NCBI GenBank assembly: GCA_964435065.1
Contig: CAYSXS010000004.1
Span: 1 to 55,855, forward strand
DNA length: 55,855 nt
From: an uncultured Gammaproteobacteria bacterium
GTDB taxonomy: Bacteria; Patescibacteriota; Patescibacteriia; UBA2196
Direction: 5' to 3'
The notes under the pieces are model-generated. The model did no database searches and had not been told where the DNA came from. It saw only the letters and a program-made list of their open reading frames with translations. The position numbers and the translations under genes were made by a program. Shown in pieces: positions 55,812 to 55,855 of the stretch (position 1 is its first letter; each line of letters starts with the position of its first letter).

Positions 55812-55855
55812 TCATCTAAAAATCTAACTTTACTGCCACTGGTTGGGACATATAT

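Noticed and set aside
1-55855. CRISPR array or cas genes
   Set aside because: No regularly spaced repeat-spacer series or Cas motifs seen; the repeats found are two-copy duplications or terminators.

Overview
AT-rich bacterial chromosome segment using the standard code (TGA stops, prfB present). Gene content points to a Patescibacteria/CPR (Parcubacteria-like) genome, inferred from a VirB2-like-pilin giant surface protein, PsbP-like/TSP3 membrane proteins and a short Rel. Housekeeping backbone: parA-parB, rel, topA, dprA, pth, der, an LCP protein, lepB, hisS, rpsU, yqeY, ftsA-ftsZ, prfB, yqgF, a WecA/TagO-like transferase, rplU, recR, ybaB, dnaB (147-aa mini-intein), queH and four tRNAs (Leu-CAA, Met-CAT, fMet-CAT, Lys-TTT). 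Accessory DNA is interleaved: six toxin-antitoxin-like pairs (two with a single in-frame nonsense codon), a NYN RNase, and several orphan genes with their own promoter, SD and terminator. Best candidates for something new: (1) a 1.3-kb islet at tRNA-fMet, bounded by a 40-bp degenerate direct repeat, carrying a translationally coupled trio of two tiny proteins plus a cytoplasmic caspase/gingipain-fold Cys protease; (2) a NYN RNase gene with a convergent ~70-nt structured RNA unit that has its own sigma70 promoter and terminator; (3) an AbiE module bracketed by a 70-bp duplication of the upstream gene's 3' end; (4) an unannotated 32-aa peptide with a class III signal-like sequence between ftsA and ftsZ; (5) a 6S-like RNA. 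Family assignments come from motif recognition by eye; no database searches or folding programs were run.
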